64,000 bases of DNA. Source: Spirochaetota bacterium (GTDB lineage: Bacteria; Spirochaetota; UBA4802; JAFGDQ01). The DNA lies in NCBI GenBank assembly GCA_016932015.1, contig JAFGDQ010000063.1:2658-66657 (forward strand). Reading direction: 5' to 3'. Position 1 is the stretch's first letter, and every line of letters begins with the position of its first letter. Below, one piece after another: positions 29,388 through 41,394 of the stretch. The position numbers and the translations under genes were made by a program. The notes beneath the pieces were generated by a model. That model made no database searches. It saw only the letters and a program-made list of their open reading frames with translations, and was not told the DNA's origin.

Positions 29388-32243
29388 CTATTCCGCGGTT
29401 ATTTTATTTCCGGTTTTATAACCGAAATAATCTGCAAGGTTTTCAGCCTGTATCCGGAGAAGCCTGTTTTCACTTTTATTGATAATATCCATAAGCATTT
29501 TTCTGGATAATTCGATATCTCCCATTTCGTTGGATAAAATGGAAAGGTCGATTTTACCCATCATGGCAAATTTGCTATCCGTATCGTTTTTTTCCGATAG
29601 TTCCCTGAAATACTGGAAAGCCAGTCTGGAATTTTTATTTTTCAACAGGCTGATCAATCCGAGCGTGTAAACAGCTTCATCCCTGTATTTGCTTTCAATA
29701 TCGGCAATTTTCCGGAAATAATAATAGGAAGTCTTGTATTTATTGGTATTAAAATATAATTTCCCATACATATAGTTTAAAAATACTGTGTTGCCGTAAT
29801 AGTTTTTCAGATAACCTGCAAATTTATTAAAGTTCGGTATATCATTATTCCTGTAATAGAATAGAAGGTTCTCCTTTATAACTGCCTCTGCATATTCAGA
29901 TGTTCTGATTTTTTTCAATGATTTATCTGTCATTGAAACAGCATCTTTGTCATTGCCTGTCCTGAAATGAATTAAAATAAGCAATGCATCTTTTCTTGGC
30001 TGAAGATTTTTATTTTTTATATCTTTAAGATTTGCAAGCGCTTCTTCGTATTTTTCTTCTTTGATATTTAATTCCGCGGTTTCAATTTTTGCGGAGTCAA
30101 CAAAGGCTGATGACGGATAGTCATTTATAATTGTTGAGAGATAATAATACGCATTATGATAATCTTTATTTTGTATGTAATACAGGCTCAGGTCATAAAG
30201 AGCTTCAGTGTAAAAACCGTTGTTTCCTTTTATCAGATCGGCTGCTCTGACTGCGGTTGTTATGTCATTGATCTGAAGCGAAGATTTTGCCGTAATAAGA
30301 AGGTCGCCCGCGGATAAGTCGTCGAGTCTCCATACTGAATATGAATCCAAAGCTTTTTTATATTCATTGGTTTTAAAATAGCTTTTACCGAGTAACAACT
30401 GAACCTGCTTTGCGGTATAATCATCCATTGGGGGAATACTGTTCTCTGTTTCAGATATTGTAATTATTTTCCGGTATTTTTCCGTCTTTTCAAGTGATAT
30501 CAGATAGTACAGAAAAACAGATGAGGCATTCTGTCTCCACTGCACTGAAAGATACTGCCTGTAATATTTTTCAGCGTTTGAGTATTCCTTTTTTACAAAT
30601 GCATCGTCTCCCCGGCTCAGTAATACTCTCCCAGCGGCAGGTGTTTTATTGTAATTGCTTACTATAAGATCAAAATACTTCCGGCCGGACTTTTTATTTT
30701 TTTCAAGTATTTCCGCATATTCATAGATTACGTCTTCTGCTTTATTTTCATTTTTATAGTATTTGATGATAGTTGATATGGTTTTTTCCGCATTCTTATA
30801 ATCTTTTTCCCCTGTATACAAATGAAGCAGCCGGACATAAGCTTTATATCTGTTTTCAATGTTTTTAATATTTATGTATTTTTTTAAAGTGGCAACTGCT
30901 TTTTCCGGCTGATTGTTTTCCGAATATGCAATGCCAAGATAAAAGCCGGTTTCATTTATATATTTCGAGAAAGGATTGACCTGCTTAACTTTGTCAAACG
31001 CACTGATTGCTCTTTTGAAATCCTTTTTTTCAAGATATACTCTTCCGATCAGGAAATGTATACTGTCTATATTTTTATCGTAAGCGTAGTTTTTCAGTAA
31101 TTCTTCCAGTATGGTTTCAGCTTCTTCGAGTCTGTTAGTCTTAATATATGCATTGCTGAGCATTACAAGAGCCTGTTTTTTAAAATCAGAAGACTCAAAT
31201 TCGACTGCCTCTTTTAAGCATTTGATTGCTTCCCCGATATTGTCATCAAAGTATAATTTTGAAAGTTCCATTAAGGACCGGCTTCTTAATGCCGGATTCG
31301 CGTCGGAATTTCTTATCTGTTCAAACAGTACTGCTGCTTCTTTTGTTTTTGCTTCTTTAAGGTATATTATTGCGAGTTCGAATTTGGCGCTGAATATCCA
31401 TTTCGAATCCTTTGCAATGGATAGAAATGATTCCAGATGCATAGAGGCAAAATTAAGGTTCGCGAGTTTTATGTATGAGATTGCCCTGTAGTACTGAACA
31501 TCGCTGAAAGGCCTTTCTCCGATCAGGCTTTCATCCATGTCAGAAAATATTTTTATCGCTGTTTTATTTTTTCCCTGAATCTGATGGGATCTTCCTGTAA
31601 TCAATATCGCGGTGGAGCGGATTTTTGTGTCTGTATTTGAATGCAGAAGCGGTTTAAGAAAATCAATAGCTTCATCATACTTCCCGGTAAGGAAATACGC
31701 TTCTCCAATATTTAACCTTTGCTGACCGGTTTTTTCTTTGTCAGAGCACTTGCTGAATGCTTTCATCCATTCAATAATTGCCTCATCATATCTCTGCTGG
31801 CTGAAGTATATTCTGCCTATGCGGTCATATGCTTTTACTGTATATTCATCATTTTTGCTTATTGAAATGAATCTTTTGAATTCCTGAATGGATTTTATAT
31901 TTTCGTTCTGCTGATATAATGATTCAGCTATCCAATATCTTGCAAGAGAGCATAATTCCATGCTGGTGCAGACTGTCATAAAGCGGTTGAATTCAAAAAT
32001 CGCGGATTTATATCTTTTCTGGTTAAAGATGGAAAGCGCAAGATAATACCATGCTTTTTCCCTGTATCCGTTACTTTCTTCATCTACAATCTTTCTGAGC
32101 AGTAATTCGGATGAAGCGTAATTGCCGGATTTGAATGCTTCCAGCGCCTGATCGAATAAAACCTGTGAATAATCTGCTGCAAAAAGATGGGGTGTGGTTA
32201 TAATAATAGATATAAAAATTAAAACTAAGAATGCTTTTCTCAT
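29388..32243 (-). CDS. Large exported tetratricopeptide-repeat protein
   Basis: Signal peptide followed by many TPR-like repeats. Confidence 0.85.
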   Translation of the reverse strand: MRKAFLVLIFISIIITTPHLFAADYSQVLFDQALEAFKSGNYASSELLLRKIVDEESNGYREKAWYYLALSIFNQKRYKSAIFEFNRFMTVCTSMELCSLARYWIAESLYQQNENIKSIQEFKRFISISKNDEYTVKAYDRIGRIYFSQQRYDEAIIEWMKAFSKCSDKEKTGQQRLNIGEAYFLTGKYDEAIDFLKPLLHSNTDTKIRSTAILITGRSHQIQGKNKTAIKIFSDMDESLIGERPFSDVQYYRAISYIKLANLNFASMHLESFLSIAKDSKWIFSAKFELAIIYLKEAKTKEAAVLFEQIRNSDANPALRSRSLMELSKLYFDDNIGEAIKCLKEAVEFESSDFKKQALVMLSNAYIKTNRLEEAETILEELLKNYAYDKNIDSIHFLIGRVYLEKKDFKRAISAFDKVKQVNPFSKYINETGFYLGIAYSENNQPEKAVATLKKYINIKNIENRYKAYVRLLHLYTGEKDYKNAEKTISTIIKYYKNENKAEDVIYEYAEILEKNKKSGRKYFDLIVSNYNKTPAAGRVLLSRGDDAFVKKEYSNAEKYYRQYLSVQWRQNASSVFLYYLISLEKTEKYRKIITISETENSIPPMDDYTAKQVQLLLGKSYFKTNEYKKALDSYSVWRLDDLSAGDLLITAKSSLQINDITTAVRAADLIKGNNGFYTEALYDLSLYYIQNKDYHNAYYYLSTIINDYPSSAFVDSAKIETAELNIKEEKYEEALANLKDIKNKNLQPRKDALLILIHFRTGNDKDAVSMTDKSLKKIRTSEYAEAVIKENLLFYYRNNDIPNFNKFAGYLKNYYGNTVFLNYMYGKLYFNTNKYKTSYYYFRKIADIESKYRDEAVYTLGLISLLKNKNSRLAFQYFRELSEKNDTDSKFAMMGKIDLSILSNEMGDIELSRKMLMDIINKSENRLLRIQAENLADYFGYKTGNKITAE

Positions 32244-32510
32244 AAAAAAATGAACCGGATTATGATGTTTAAAATTGTTAATTACTGCGACTGCGAAGCG
32301 GTCTTGTATGCGGCTTTACAACAGCTGTGCAGTTGTTACTATATTAAAGATGCAGTATTTTGAAGAATTAGTCAATATTATTATTTCTTATATAATATTT
32401 TATTTATATTTAAATTCATTGGAAAAATACTGTATTTTATCGCAGGAAAAGGCAGTTTTAATACTTTAAGAAGAATATTATGCGGAAAATATCACTGTTG
32501 CAGTTAATTG

Positions 32511-32541
32511 AAAAACGGCTGCTTCTCTTGAGGCAGCCGTT
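32511..32541 (-). terminator. Intrinsic terminator of argS
   Basis: Minus strand reads AACGGCTGC-CTCAAGAGAA-GCAGCCGTT-TTT just past the argS stop. Confidence 0.7.
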
Positions 32542-32579
32542 CATTGAAAAGACTGATTATATAATTTTTGCGGCCCTTT

Positions 32580-34244
32580 TTACATGGATTCAGGTGCTGA
32601 TATGCCGAGTAAATGCAGGCCGTTTTTCAGTATAATTTTTACTCCTTCGCATAACGCGAGATATGTATTTGTCATTACACTGTCATCTGAAAGAACCCGG
32701 TGTTCAGTATAAAATTTATGATACTTCTGGGCAAGTTTCAGCAGATACGACGCAATTCTGTGAGGTTCAGCCTTTTCAGCTGCGTCATAAATGTCTTCCG
32801 GGAAGCGTACCATGAGCTTCATGAGGGATATTGTTTCCGGATTATTGAGATGTTCGGTTGATGATTTTTCCGGATTATATTTAAAACCTCTTTTTTCGGC
32901 TTCGCGGAATATTGAGCATATTCTGGCATGCGCGTACTGCAGGTAAAATACCGGATTCTCCGAACTTTCTCTCTTAGCCAGCTCAATATCAAAATCAAGA
33001 TGACTGTCCATTGTCCTCATGATGAAGAAATATCTCGCAACGTCTGTGCCGATATCCCCGATCAGGTCTTTCATTAGCGAGAATTTGCCCAGGCGTTTGG
33101 ACATCTTTTTTATTTCGCCCTGCATCAGGAGATTGACCTGCTGAACAATGAGTATCTTCAGTTTGTCTTCCGGGTGTCCCATAGCCTGTATCGCGCCTTT
33201 GAGCCTGGCTATATAACCGTGATGGTCGGGCCCCCATATGTCGATCAGGCGGTCATAGCCCCTGTCTATTTTATTTTTGTGATAAGCGATGTCCGCCAGG
33301 AGATATGTAGGCCTGCCGTCCTCTCTTACTACAACTCTGTCCTTGTCATCTCCGAAGTCGGTTGAGCGGAATATTTTTTTCCCTTCCTCTTCATAAATCA
33401 TTCCTTTTTCTTCCAGCAATGCGAGAGTACTCTCAACATCGCCATTCCGGTGCAATGTCTTTTCAGAAAAGAATGTTCGATAATTTATATTAAAACTTTC
33501 AAGATCATTTTTCTGCCCGGCTACGTTATGTTCAATAGCTTTTGCAGCAAAGAAATCAATTAATTCATCTTCATCTGCAATTGTATTGATCTCATCGGAA
33601 TATTTTCCACATTCTTCCGCTATTTCTTTTATATATTCACCTTGATAACCCTGTTCCGGAAATTCAACTTCTTCGCCTGATAATTCCCTATATCTTGCGA
33701 GAACGGATTTCCCGAGCAGATAAACCTGGTTGCCGTGATCGTTTATGTAATATTCCCTGTCGACAGTATTTCCTGCGGCTTCGAGCAGGTTGGCGATTGT
33801 ATCTCCGACTGCTGCCGCCCTGGCAGATACCACATTTAACGGGCCGGTCGGATTAGCGGAAACGAATTCAATGTTTATTCTTTCCGGATTTTTTTTATCG
33901 AATTTCCCGTACTGATCAGCCTCTTTCCTGATATTCATAAGGCATTGATGAAGAAAATCCGTTGAAAGAAAAATATTTATAAAGCCCGGCTTCACGACCT
34001 CAACCTTTTCGATTATTTTGCTTCCCTCAATAAATTCTTTCATTGTGTTGCCGATCTCTATCGGGGATTTGCGCAGCAGTTTTGCCGATTCAAGAGCGAA
34101 TGAAGACGCGTAATCACCAAAGCGTTCCTCTTTCGGATATTCTATTCTAATTTCAGGCAGGCCGGTATTTTCCAGCTTATTCGCGTTAACGGCTGATTCG
34201 CAGGCTTTGGTTATAATATTTTTTACTTCATCTCTTACAAGCAA
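32580..34244 (-). CDS. argS: Arginine--tRNA ligase
   Basis: FGDYAS, PGFINI, EFVSANPTGPL, WGPDHHGY, KMSKR, NPVFYLQYAHARICSI, LLGISAPESM. Confidence 0.98.
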   Translation of the reverse strand: MLVRDEVKNIITKACESAVNANKLENTGLPEIRIEYPKEERFGDYASSFALESAKLLRKSPIEIGNTMKEFIEGSKIIEKVEVVKPGFINIFLSTDFLHQCLMNIRKEADQYGKFDKKNPERINIEFVSANPTGPLNVVSARAAAVGDTIANLLEAAGNTVDREYYINDHGNQVYLLGKSVLARYRELSGEEVEFPEQGYQGEYIKEIAEECGKYSDEINTIADEDELIDFFAAKAIEHNVAGQKNDLESFNINYRTFFSEKTLHRNGDVESTLALLEEKGMIYEEEGKKIFRSTDFGDDKDRVVVREDGRPTYLLADIAYHKNKIDRGYDRLIDIWGPDHHGYIARLKGAIQAMGHPEDKLKILIVQQVNLLMQGEIKKMSKRLGKFSLMKDLIGDIGTDVARYFFIMRTMDSHLDFDIELAKRESSENPVFYLQYAHARICSIFREAEKRGFKYNPEKSSTEHLNNPETISLMKLMVRFPEDIYDAAEKAEPHRIASYLLKLAQKYHKFYTEHRVLSDDSVMTNTYLALCEGVKIILKNGLHLLGISAPESM

Positions 34245-34575
34245 TTTAGGACCTCTTTGGCTTATGATTCAGTTTCCGGGAATATTTTATTCTCAGCAGT
34301 ATTTTCTGAACCTTTTTATAAAAACGCATTTATTTCCATTAAATTATTTGTCAACACTATAATAAAAAACTTGAAATTATGTTGACATTCGGAAAAAATT
34401 TGCAGGAATACAGGAATAATATTCAACTATTCAAATCTCAATAAAGCAGCTGTTTTCTGTCTCCGGTGAGTTTTGACAGGAGGCGGATTTCCAGACCAAA
34501 GGCATAAAAATGCCGTCTTTATAATCGGATAAATTGTACGATTAATAATCCTTTAAAGAAGAGGCGAATTTATTC

Positions 34576-36585
34576 ATGGCAAACGAATTCCTTAAAATGG
34601 ACAAAAGCCGTATATATGCGCTGATTATTTCGCTGGTTATTTTCATTTTTATAGCACTTGTTTATAGCCAGCTTACCCTGCTTGACGGACTGGAAAACAA
34701 TTCTGTTGACTTCAAGTTTTATATAAGGGCTCCTGAGCAGAAATCGGAAAAGATCAAACAGGGTGTCAGTATTATAAAAAGGAATCCGCTCGCAAGAGAG
34801 GATATCATAATACTCGGTATTGATGAAAACACAATAAGGGCGTTTAATGAGATCGGTATAAACTGGCCTTTTCCATGGAATGTGCATGAAAAATTTACAA
34901 GGTTTGTGGGATCCGGAAAGCCGCTTGCTCTGCTGTTTGACGTTATGTTTCTTGATCATAAGGAACATGAAAATGAATTTGCCGCGGCTGTAAAAGATGC
35001 CGGGAATGTTTTTATAGATTATCCGTTTGAGGTAACCGAATATGACAGGAAATATGTGGATCATGAAGAACGGATGAAAATTCTGAACACGCTCCGTTTT
35101 GACCTTGATCCGGATGATGTTTATGAGGAATGGATAAATGAAGCAGTGCCTCCTGTCCCTGTACTCGCTGAAGCTGCATTGGGAGTTGGATTCGCGAACG
35201 TCAGGACCGATCCTGATCATATTAACCGCAAGATGCCGCTTATAATTAAATATAACGGACACTATTATCCTTCAGTTGACCTGCTTGTAGTCATGCATTA
35301 TTTCGGTATCTCCGGAAATGATATTGAAATAAAGATTGGTGATTACATTAAACTAAAGAATCTCCCTGTTGAAAAAATGGCTAAACCCAATAAAGCCCGT
35401 ACAATTGAGATACCTGTTGATGAGCAGGGATTTATGGATATTAATTTTGTCGGAGGATTCGGCAGCTATAATTATTATCCGTATCATTATTTTTATCAGG
35501 ATGGTGTTTTTGACAATCCTTCCCTGCAGAATAAAATTCTTCTTGTTGCGGCATTTGCTACTACGGGAATAGCGACTGACATTCACAAGTCACCGTATGG
35601 TGAGATGTTTGGAATTGAACATAAGGCAAACGCGCTTAATACTGTTCTGAACCAGAATTTTATTCTTAAACTTAAAACATGGCAGAATGTTTTTATTCTT
35701 TTTATGATTGCTGTTATTCTGGGTTTTTTCCTGCCGAGAATATCAATAATCAAGTCAATACTGCTGACAGGGGCACTGGTATTGCTTTATTTTGTCGGTT
35801 CTCAGGTATTTTTTGAAACAATTAATCTTATTACTGCAACAGCCACGCCTGTTATTCAAATAGGGTTAACATTTACTATAATTATTGCCTACAGGGTTAT
35901 TACCGAGCAGAAGGAAAAAAGATTCATCAGGCAAACTTTTTCCAAACTTGTAGCGAAATCTATTGTTGACGAGCTGCTGCAGGACCCTGAAAAATTGAAA
36001 CTCGGCGGTGACAAGAAAATTCTGACTGTACTTTTTTCCGACATAAGGGGATTTACCACTCTTTCCGAAAAGATGACGCCTGAAGGTCTGGTTGAACATC
36101 TGAATGAGTATCTGGAGGCAATGACCAATATTGTTATAAAATATGAAGGCACGCTTGATAAATATGTGGGCGATGAAATAATGGCTTTCTGGGGAGCTCC
36201 TGTTCCGCAGGAGGAACACGCTCTTCTCGCATGCAAGGCTGCCGTTGAGATGATGGACGTGCTGCATAGGCTGAATGAAAAATGGACTTCTCTGCCTGAA
36301 CCTAAACCTGCTCTTGATATAGGAATAGGCTTGAATACAGGAGATATGGTTGTCGCTTTAATGGGATCCTCGTCACGTATGGATTACACATTGATGGGTG
36401 ATAACGTTAATCTAGGCGCAAGGCTTGAGGGAACGAACAAACAGTACAGAACAAATATAATAATAAGTGAATTCACCTATGAACAGGTAAAAGACTTTGT
36501 AACTGCCAGAGAACTGGACCTTGTAAGAGTAAAAGGTAAGGAACTTCCGGTTAAGATATATGAGCTTATTGATGTGAAATTATAA
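34576..36585 (+). CDS. CHASE2-domain class III adenylate cyclase
   Basis: CHASE2 (GIDE, WPFPW, FDVMF) plus 3 TMs; LFSDIRGFT, DKYVGD (K), DYTLMGDNVNLGARLE (D), consistent with ATP specificity. Confidence 0.93.
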   Translation: MANEFLKMDKSRIYALIISLVIFIFIALVYSQLTLLDGLENNSVDFKFYIRAPEQKSEKIKQGVSIIKRNPLAREDIIILGIDENTIRAFNEIGINWPFPWNVHEKFTRFVGSGKPLALLFDVMFLDHKEHENEFAAAVKDAGNVFIDYPFEVTEYDRKYVDHEERMKILNTLRFDLDPDDVYEEWINEAVPPVPVLAEAALGVGFANVRTDPDHINRKMPLIIKYNGHYYPSVDLLVVMHYFGISGNDIEIKIGDYIKLKNLPVEKMAKPNKARTIEIPVDEQGFMDINFVGGFGSYNYYPYHYFYQDGVFDNPSLQNKILLVAAFATTGIATDIHKSPYGEMFGIEHKANALNTVLNQNFILKLKTWQNVFILFMIAVILGFFLPRISIIKSILLTGALVLLYFVGSQVFFETINLITATATPVIQIGLTFTIIIAYRVITEQKEKRFIRQTFSKLVAKSIVDELLQDPEKLKLGGDKKILTVLFSDIRGFTTLSEKMTPEGLVEHLNEYLEAMTNIVIKYEGTLDKYVGDEIMAFWGAPVPQEEHALLACKAAVEMMDVLHRLNEKWTSLPEPKPALDIGIGLNTGDMVVALMGSSSRMDYTLMGDNVNLGARLEGTNKQYRTNIIISEFTYEQVKDFVTARELDLVRVKGKELPVKIYELIDVKL

Positions 36586-36662
36586 ATTTAAGAAAAAAAA
36601 CGGTTAAAAGCTGAACTGTTATATATGCTTCCTGTTCAGCTTATTAATTTTACCAATACACG

Positions 36663-37820
36663 ATGATTAAGACAAAAATAGATACTATTCAGGAACGGAA
36701 CAGGATTACCGGAAAAATTATTAACACAATAATTCAGAGGAATAATTTTTTAATCTGCGGGCATTTGAATCCTGATGAAGACTGTATCTCATCAATGACT
36801 GCTTTTGCGATTCTTCTTACAAAGTTTGATAAATCAGTTCAGATATATATTGACGGTTATGTTAATAAAAATCTGGACTACCTGCTTAAGATATGCAGAT
36901 TTAACTCCATCAGAATTATTAACAGTAAAAGTAATATTAAAAAGGGTATTGATACTATAGTTCTCTGCGATACGGCAAAGAAGTCAATGCTTGATATTAA
37001 CAGCAGAATAGAAAAATTACTGAAAAGTAAGGATATAGTAAAAATTGAAATTGATCACCATATTGGAAGAGACAGCGAATATATAGGCGATCCCGGCTCC
37101 TGCCTCGTGGATGAGGCGTCTTCTGCAAGTGAACTCGTGGGGTTCATTGCTTTAAAGCTGAGAAATATGAAAAACATTCTTATGGAGCATTTCATTCTTG
37201 ACCCGTTTTCCAGGAATTTTATTCTGGCCATTCTGACAGGAATTGTCGGTGATACGAATATGGGATTATATCTGAAGTCAAGACGTGAAAAAAAATATTA
37301 TGAGATTTTCTCGAATATGTATAATGAAATGCTGATGAAACTTACAGTAAAGGAAACCAATTTAAACAGGATTGAAGATGTTTCAAATGCGTTGCATCGT
37401 CTGACAATACAGGAGGAACAATTATACGCTTATCTTGTTTCCAAAAAACAAAGCAGTAAATTATTCAGCTATATTATTGTTAATAAAGTGGAGATGGAGG
37501 AAATAAATAATAAGTTCGATTATGATGTTTTTATTACTGACGTAAAACATGTTGCGGATGAACTTGCTGAAGACAGCGGAAAATTAAGTTTAATTGTTTA
37601 TTATGATAATCACGAAAATGCGGATCTTTATCAGTTCAGAATGAGACGATCATTTAATTATAAAAAAATTGATTTAAGAAATGTAATAGAGATACTAAAT
37701 ATTGCGGACGGCGGCGGCCACGCCGGAGCCATTGGTTTCAGGTTCCCCTCAAAAGATATAGAAGATATCGATCAATATACGGAAACTGTCATCAGCGAAG
37801 TTGAAAAAGGATTCAAGTAG
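36663..37820 (+). CDS. DHH/DHHA1 family phosphoesterase
   Basis: GHLNPDED, CDT, IDHH, GIVGDT, GGGH motifs. Confidence 0.88.
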   Translation: MIKTKIDTIQERNRITGKIINTIIQRNNFLICGHLNPDEDCISSMTAFAILLTKFDKSVQIYIDGYVNKNLDYLLKICRFNSIRIINSKSNIKKGIDTIVLCDTAKKSMLDINSRIEKLLKSKDIVKIEIDHHIGRDSEYIGDPGSCLVDEASSASELVGFIALKLRNMKNILMEHFILDPFSRNFILAILTGIVGDTNMGLYLKSRREKKYYEIFSNMYNEMLMKLTVKETNLNRIEDVSNALHRLTIQEEQLYAYLVSKKQSSKLFSYIIVNKVEMEEINNKFDYDVFITDVKHVADELAEDSGKLSLIVYYDNHENADLYQFRMRRSFNYKKIDLRNVIEILNIADGGGHAGAIGFRFPSKDIEDIDQYTETVISEVEKGFK

Positions 37821-37835
37821 AATTATAAAAATATG

Positions 37836-37876
37836 GTGACTGTTCAGCTGTTATTAATTTATAAGCAAAAGCCATT
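37836..37876 (+). repeat. Partial copy of MITE-like element
   Basis: 34/41 identical to 61899-61939; all differences are transitions. Confidence 0.7.
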
Positions 37877-37882
37877 ATGACA

Positions 37883-40129
37883 TTATTTTTGTACGGATTC
37901 GTTCTCTTCTTTTGCTGAATTCAGTTCGTTTAACTCATAATCAGCCAGTTTATTATCTTCATCGATTTTCTTTATCTTTTCAAAGTAATAACCTGCCTCC
38001 TGATTCTGTCCTTTTTCTTTAAAGGTTTTTCCGATAGCAAATAACGCGTTGATAAAGTTGCTGTCAATATTCAGCGCTTTCTGAAACAGATCAACAGCGG
38101 AATCAAGGTCGTGCAGTTTATAACTGGCAGCACCCGCAAGATAGTAGGCATATTTGTTGTCGCTTTCAAGTCTTATGTATTTGTTTATGTTTTCGATGAC
38201 CTTCTCAAAATCTCCGGCCATGAAATTTGTTTTTGCCAGGTTGTACAGCAGTTTCTGATTTTCAGGAAATTTCTCCAGGCCGTTTGTCAACAGGTTGACT
38301 GATTCGGAATATTTTTTTTCGGAATTTAATTTTCTTACGTCTCTTACCATATCGATAGTAGGGTCTCTTTCAAGCTCTATTACCAGGAGCGTAATGTCAT
38401 CCTGTACCTGATATCCTGCGACAAAATTCTGCAGGTCTTCGATGAGGGAATTTGTAAATTCCTTCAGTTTTAAATCCCTGTTTCGGAGAATTACCTGCTC
38501 AAATTTTTCATTTGAATAACTTTCTCTTGCCGGGTTCAATGCTTCAGGAATACCGTCAGTATATAGTATGAGCCTGTCTCCGTAGTTCAGTCTTGTAGTT
38601 TTTTCTTCGTATGTATCTCTTGCGTCCTCGATTGCGCCGATGAATAATCCGCCGGTGTCAAGTGTCTCAATTCTTCCTTCTGAAGATCTTAATATAATGG
38701 CTTTCTGATGACTCGCGTTTGAGTAAGTGACATTATATTCATCATCAATCAGAACCATGAAGCAGGTCAGGTATTCCTGCGTTTTTATATGCTCGAGCAG
38801 CTCTCTGTTTACTTCTCTGAATATTTTTTTAGGAGATTCATATTTGAGAAACGCGTTCCCGAAAGAGACTTTTGCCATTGTTGTTACAAGGGCTGCAGGT
38901 ATTCCGTGGCCTGAAGCGTCGGCAACGTATAATCCGATTTTGTTGCTGCCCATTCTCTGTACGTCGTAAAAGTCTCCTCCTATCTTTTCCATAGCATAGT
39001 ATCTTACGGAGAATTTAAGTTCATTCCAGTCATTTATTTTTCCGGGCAGAATTCCCCTCTGAATAGTGCCTGCCATGTCCAGCTGTTTCTGCACCATGTC
39101 ATCGCGTTCTTTAAGATCAACGAGCGCAACGCGAAGCTCTTCCGTTCTTTCTGCAACTTTTGCTTCAAGATTCAGTCTGTGTTCGATGATCTCTTTGTTC
39201 ATAGTCAGTACCAGGTATTCAACATCCGCAAATTCCCCCTCCAGAGGAAGTACCCGGAAACTAACCGGAAGTTCTCTGGTAATGTCCTGTGCTACACGGC
39301 TCATGTCCCTGAAAATTCTCAAAATGGAATTTGAAGTTAGGATAATAATTGCTATAGCCGCGAAAACTGAACTCAGAAAATATATTATAAAACCGCTGAC
39401 AGCTATATCCTGATATAGCTGTTTTTGTATAATCAGAAATAAAAAACTTCCAAGAGAAATAAGTATAAGTGCTATAATAATGAGAAATTTTATTCTGAGC
39501 CTCAAATAGCTAACCGGACGGTCGAAATAATTCCTTTTCCATAATTCATTATAGGAGCCGGCCCTTTCAAGGCTTGTAAGAGAGTCTGTCAGTACATATG
39601 TCAGTAATGTTGCAATTACAACTACAAAGCCGTGCAGTATTATGGATGTTCGCAGATATTCCATAAGAAGAATCATGAACTGATCCCCGTAAGGGCTGAG
39701 GCTGACATATGATGTGATATAAAAAACCGCGCTGCTGACAACAAGGAGAACAAAAACAATCAGCGTATTGTAAATGGGAATTCTGGTAAGAGATTTATAG
39801 AGTTTCCGGAGATCATCGTCAGTGATTACAGGGTTTATACTTCTTCCTTTAAGCTGTTTATTGATAATTCTCAGAAAGCTGTGAAACGCCGGAATCCTGA
39901 TAAAAGACAGTATTCCAAACTGCAGGAAGTATACGGCCATGACCGCAAAGAAAATATGGTACTGCTGAATATTAATCAGATTGAGGATTATTTCATAAAC
40001 CCGGCCGAGGAAAAGGTCCAGAAGGTAAAACTCTGCTATCATTATTATTGAAATGACTGCTGCTGTTCCGATAGCTATAGCGCTTGTGTAATTAAATACT
40101 CTAGCAATAAAATAAAATACTCTTCTCAT
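37883..40129 (-). CDS. Membrane SpoIIE/PP2C-family phosphatase with C-terminal TPRs
   Basis: About 6 TMs, coiled coil, IGGDFYD, ADASGHGIPAA, LYTDGIPE, DDITL, TPRs. Confidence 0.92.
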   Translation of the reverse strand: MRRVFYFIARVFNYTSAIAIGTAAVISIIMIAEFYLLDLFLGRVYEIILNLINIQQYHIFFAVMAVYFLQFGILSFIRIPAFHSFLRIINKQLKGRSINPVITDDDLRKLYKSLTRIPIYNTLIVFVLLVVSSAVFYITSYVSLSPYGDQFMILLMEYLRTSIILHGFVVVIATLLTYVLTDSLTSLERAGSYNELWKRNYFDRPVSYLRLRIKFLIIIALILISLGSFLFLIIQKQLYQDIAVSGFIIYFLSSVFAAIAIIILTSNSILRIFRDMSRVAQDITRELPVSFRVLPLEGEFADVEYLVLTMNKEIIEHRLNLEAKVAERTEELRVALVDLKERDDMVQKQLDMAGTIQRGILPGKINDWNELKFSVRYYAMEKIGGDFYDVQRMGSNKIGLYVADASGHGIPAALVTTMAKVSFGNAFLKYESPKKIFREVNRELLEHIKTQEYLTCFMVLIDDEYNVTYSNASHQKAIILRSSEGRIETLDTGGLFIGAIEDARDTYEEKTTRLNYGDRLILYTDGIPEALNPARESYSNEKFEQVILRNRDLKLKEFTNSLIEDLQNFVAGYQVQDDITLLVIELERDPTIDMVRDVRKLNSEKKYSESVNLLTNGLEKFPENQKLLYNLAKTNFMAGDFEKVIENINKYIRLESDNKYAYYLAGAASYKLHDLDSAVDLFQKALNIDSNFINALFAIGKTFKEKGQNQEAGYYFEKIKKIDEDNKLADYELNELNSAKEENESVQK

Positions 40130-40187
40130 AACAGTATCCCCAAAAACAAAATTATAATATTTATGAAAATAACTATATATCTGCTTT

Positions 40188-41381
40188 TTATTCAGACACG
40201 ATTTTATCCGCCATCGAAGGATTTTTTGCGCATCTGAATCCGGCTATGTTATCTTCATAAAGGTTCGGCAGACCTCCGATTTCCCTGCTGGTTGTCCGCA
40301 GTTTGTATTTATTATTGAACCAGGCCCCGCCCCTGATCACTTTAAACTGGGTTCCGTATTTTTTGTTTGAATGCCTGCTCTCCTTATAGGCATTGTACCA
40401 GCTTGATGTCCATTCGCAGGCATTTCCGGCCATATTGATTATTCCATAGAATGATTTATTTCTGTTATTAAAAGAGTCAACAGGCAGCAGGCCTTTTGTA
40501 TATATTTTTTTTATTTCATTACCGGTTTTCCTGTTTTCCCAGAATTCAATGGAGTTGGCTTTGTCGATTTCAAACTTATTGCCCCAGGGATAAACAACAG
40601 GATTCTCAATATAAATAAAAGTCTCATTATGTTTTTTTGCCATTTCGAGTCCGGGCCCTCTTGCGGCTTTTTCCCATTCCTGTTCGTCAGGAAGTCTTTT
40701 ACCTGCCCATTCGGCGTATTTTTCTGCTTCTTTATAGGATACCAGAACAGGAAAACTGCTTTCATCTTTATTGAATTTGCCGTTGATCCAGAAAGCCGGA
40801 GGCTTTGTATTTGTCTGCTCAACGTAATAATAGTAGTCTGCGTTTGATACTTCATATTTATCAATATAAAAATTATCAAGGAACACAACCTGCTGAGGCC
40901 CTTCATCCTTGTCGCCGTTATTTGACCCGAATACGAATTTGCCTTCAGGGATCAGTATCATTTCCCTGTTGTCTTTTTTTGATACAATCGAGTTTTTGTA
41001 TCCGCTTTTTTCCGTATACTTAGGCTCACCGTATTCCTTTTCCTCTTTGCCTTCGACTTTTACAAGCCCGATTGTTGTTCCGGCTTTTAATATTTCCGGA
41101 GTCTGGTTTTCTATAAAATATTCCGCAAGAGCTCTATACTGTATTTTCTGATTGATAGTGTATTTGTTGACTTTGAGTATTTTTAATTTTCCCAGAATAA
41201 CATCATTATTGATAATTAAATACTCATTCCTTTCCGGAAGGGCGGAAAACAGTACTGTGATGATATTATCCTTTCTCTTTGATTCAATTTTTCCTGCAAG
41301 GTCATACTCAAGCGAAAATGAATCAGTAAGTGTCAGGAAGAATGAAATTAAAATAAATGGAATAATTATTCTGATTTTCAT
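40188..41381 (-). CDS. Exported FGE/SUMF1-fold protein, probably non-catalytic
   Basis: FYIDKYEVSN, RLPDEQEWEKAARG, YPWG, MAGNACEW, RGGAW, GFRCA; lacks the FGE catalytic Cys pair. Confidence 0.88.
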   Translation of the reverse strand: MKIRIIIPFILISFFLTLTDSFSLEYDLAGKIESKRKDNIITVLFSALPERNEYLIINNDVILGKLKILKVNKYTINQKIQYRALAEYFIENQTPEILKAGTTIGLVKVEGKEEKEYGEPKYTEKSGYKNSIVSKKDNREMILIPEGKFVFGSNNGDKDEGPQQVVFLDNFYIDKYEVSNADYYYYVEQTNTKPPAFWINGKFNKDESSFPVLVSYKEAEKYAEWAGKRLPDEQEWEKAARGPGLEMAKKHNETFIYIENPVVYPWGNKFEIDKANSIEFWENRKTGNEIKKIYTKGLLPVDSFNNRNKSFYGIINMAGNACEWTSSWYNAYKESRHSNKKYGTQFKVIRGGAWFNNKYKLRTTSREIGGLPNLYEDNIAGFRCAKNPSMADKIVSE

Positions 41382-41394
41382 TGACTATCTGAGG

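Noticed and set aside
32275-32469. 64-aa ORF or structured RNA between the TPR gene and argS
   Set aside because: No RBS or motif and only weak pairing; nothing supportable beyond the argS terminator.
34570-35262. 230-aa minus-strand ORF
   Set aside because: Lies antisense to the well-supported CHASE2 cyclase and shows no protein motifs; a shadow ORF.
40188-41381. Active formylglycine-generating enzyme
   Set aside because: The catalytic Cys pair after RGG is absent and no sulfatase is nearby.
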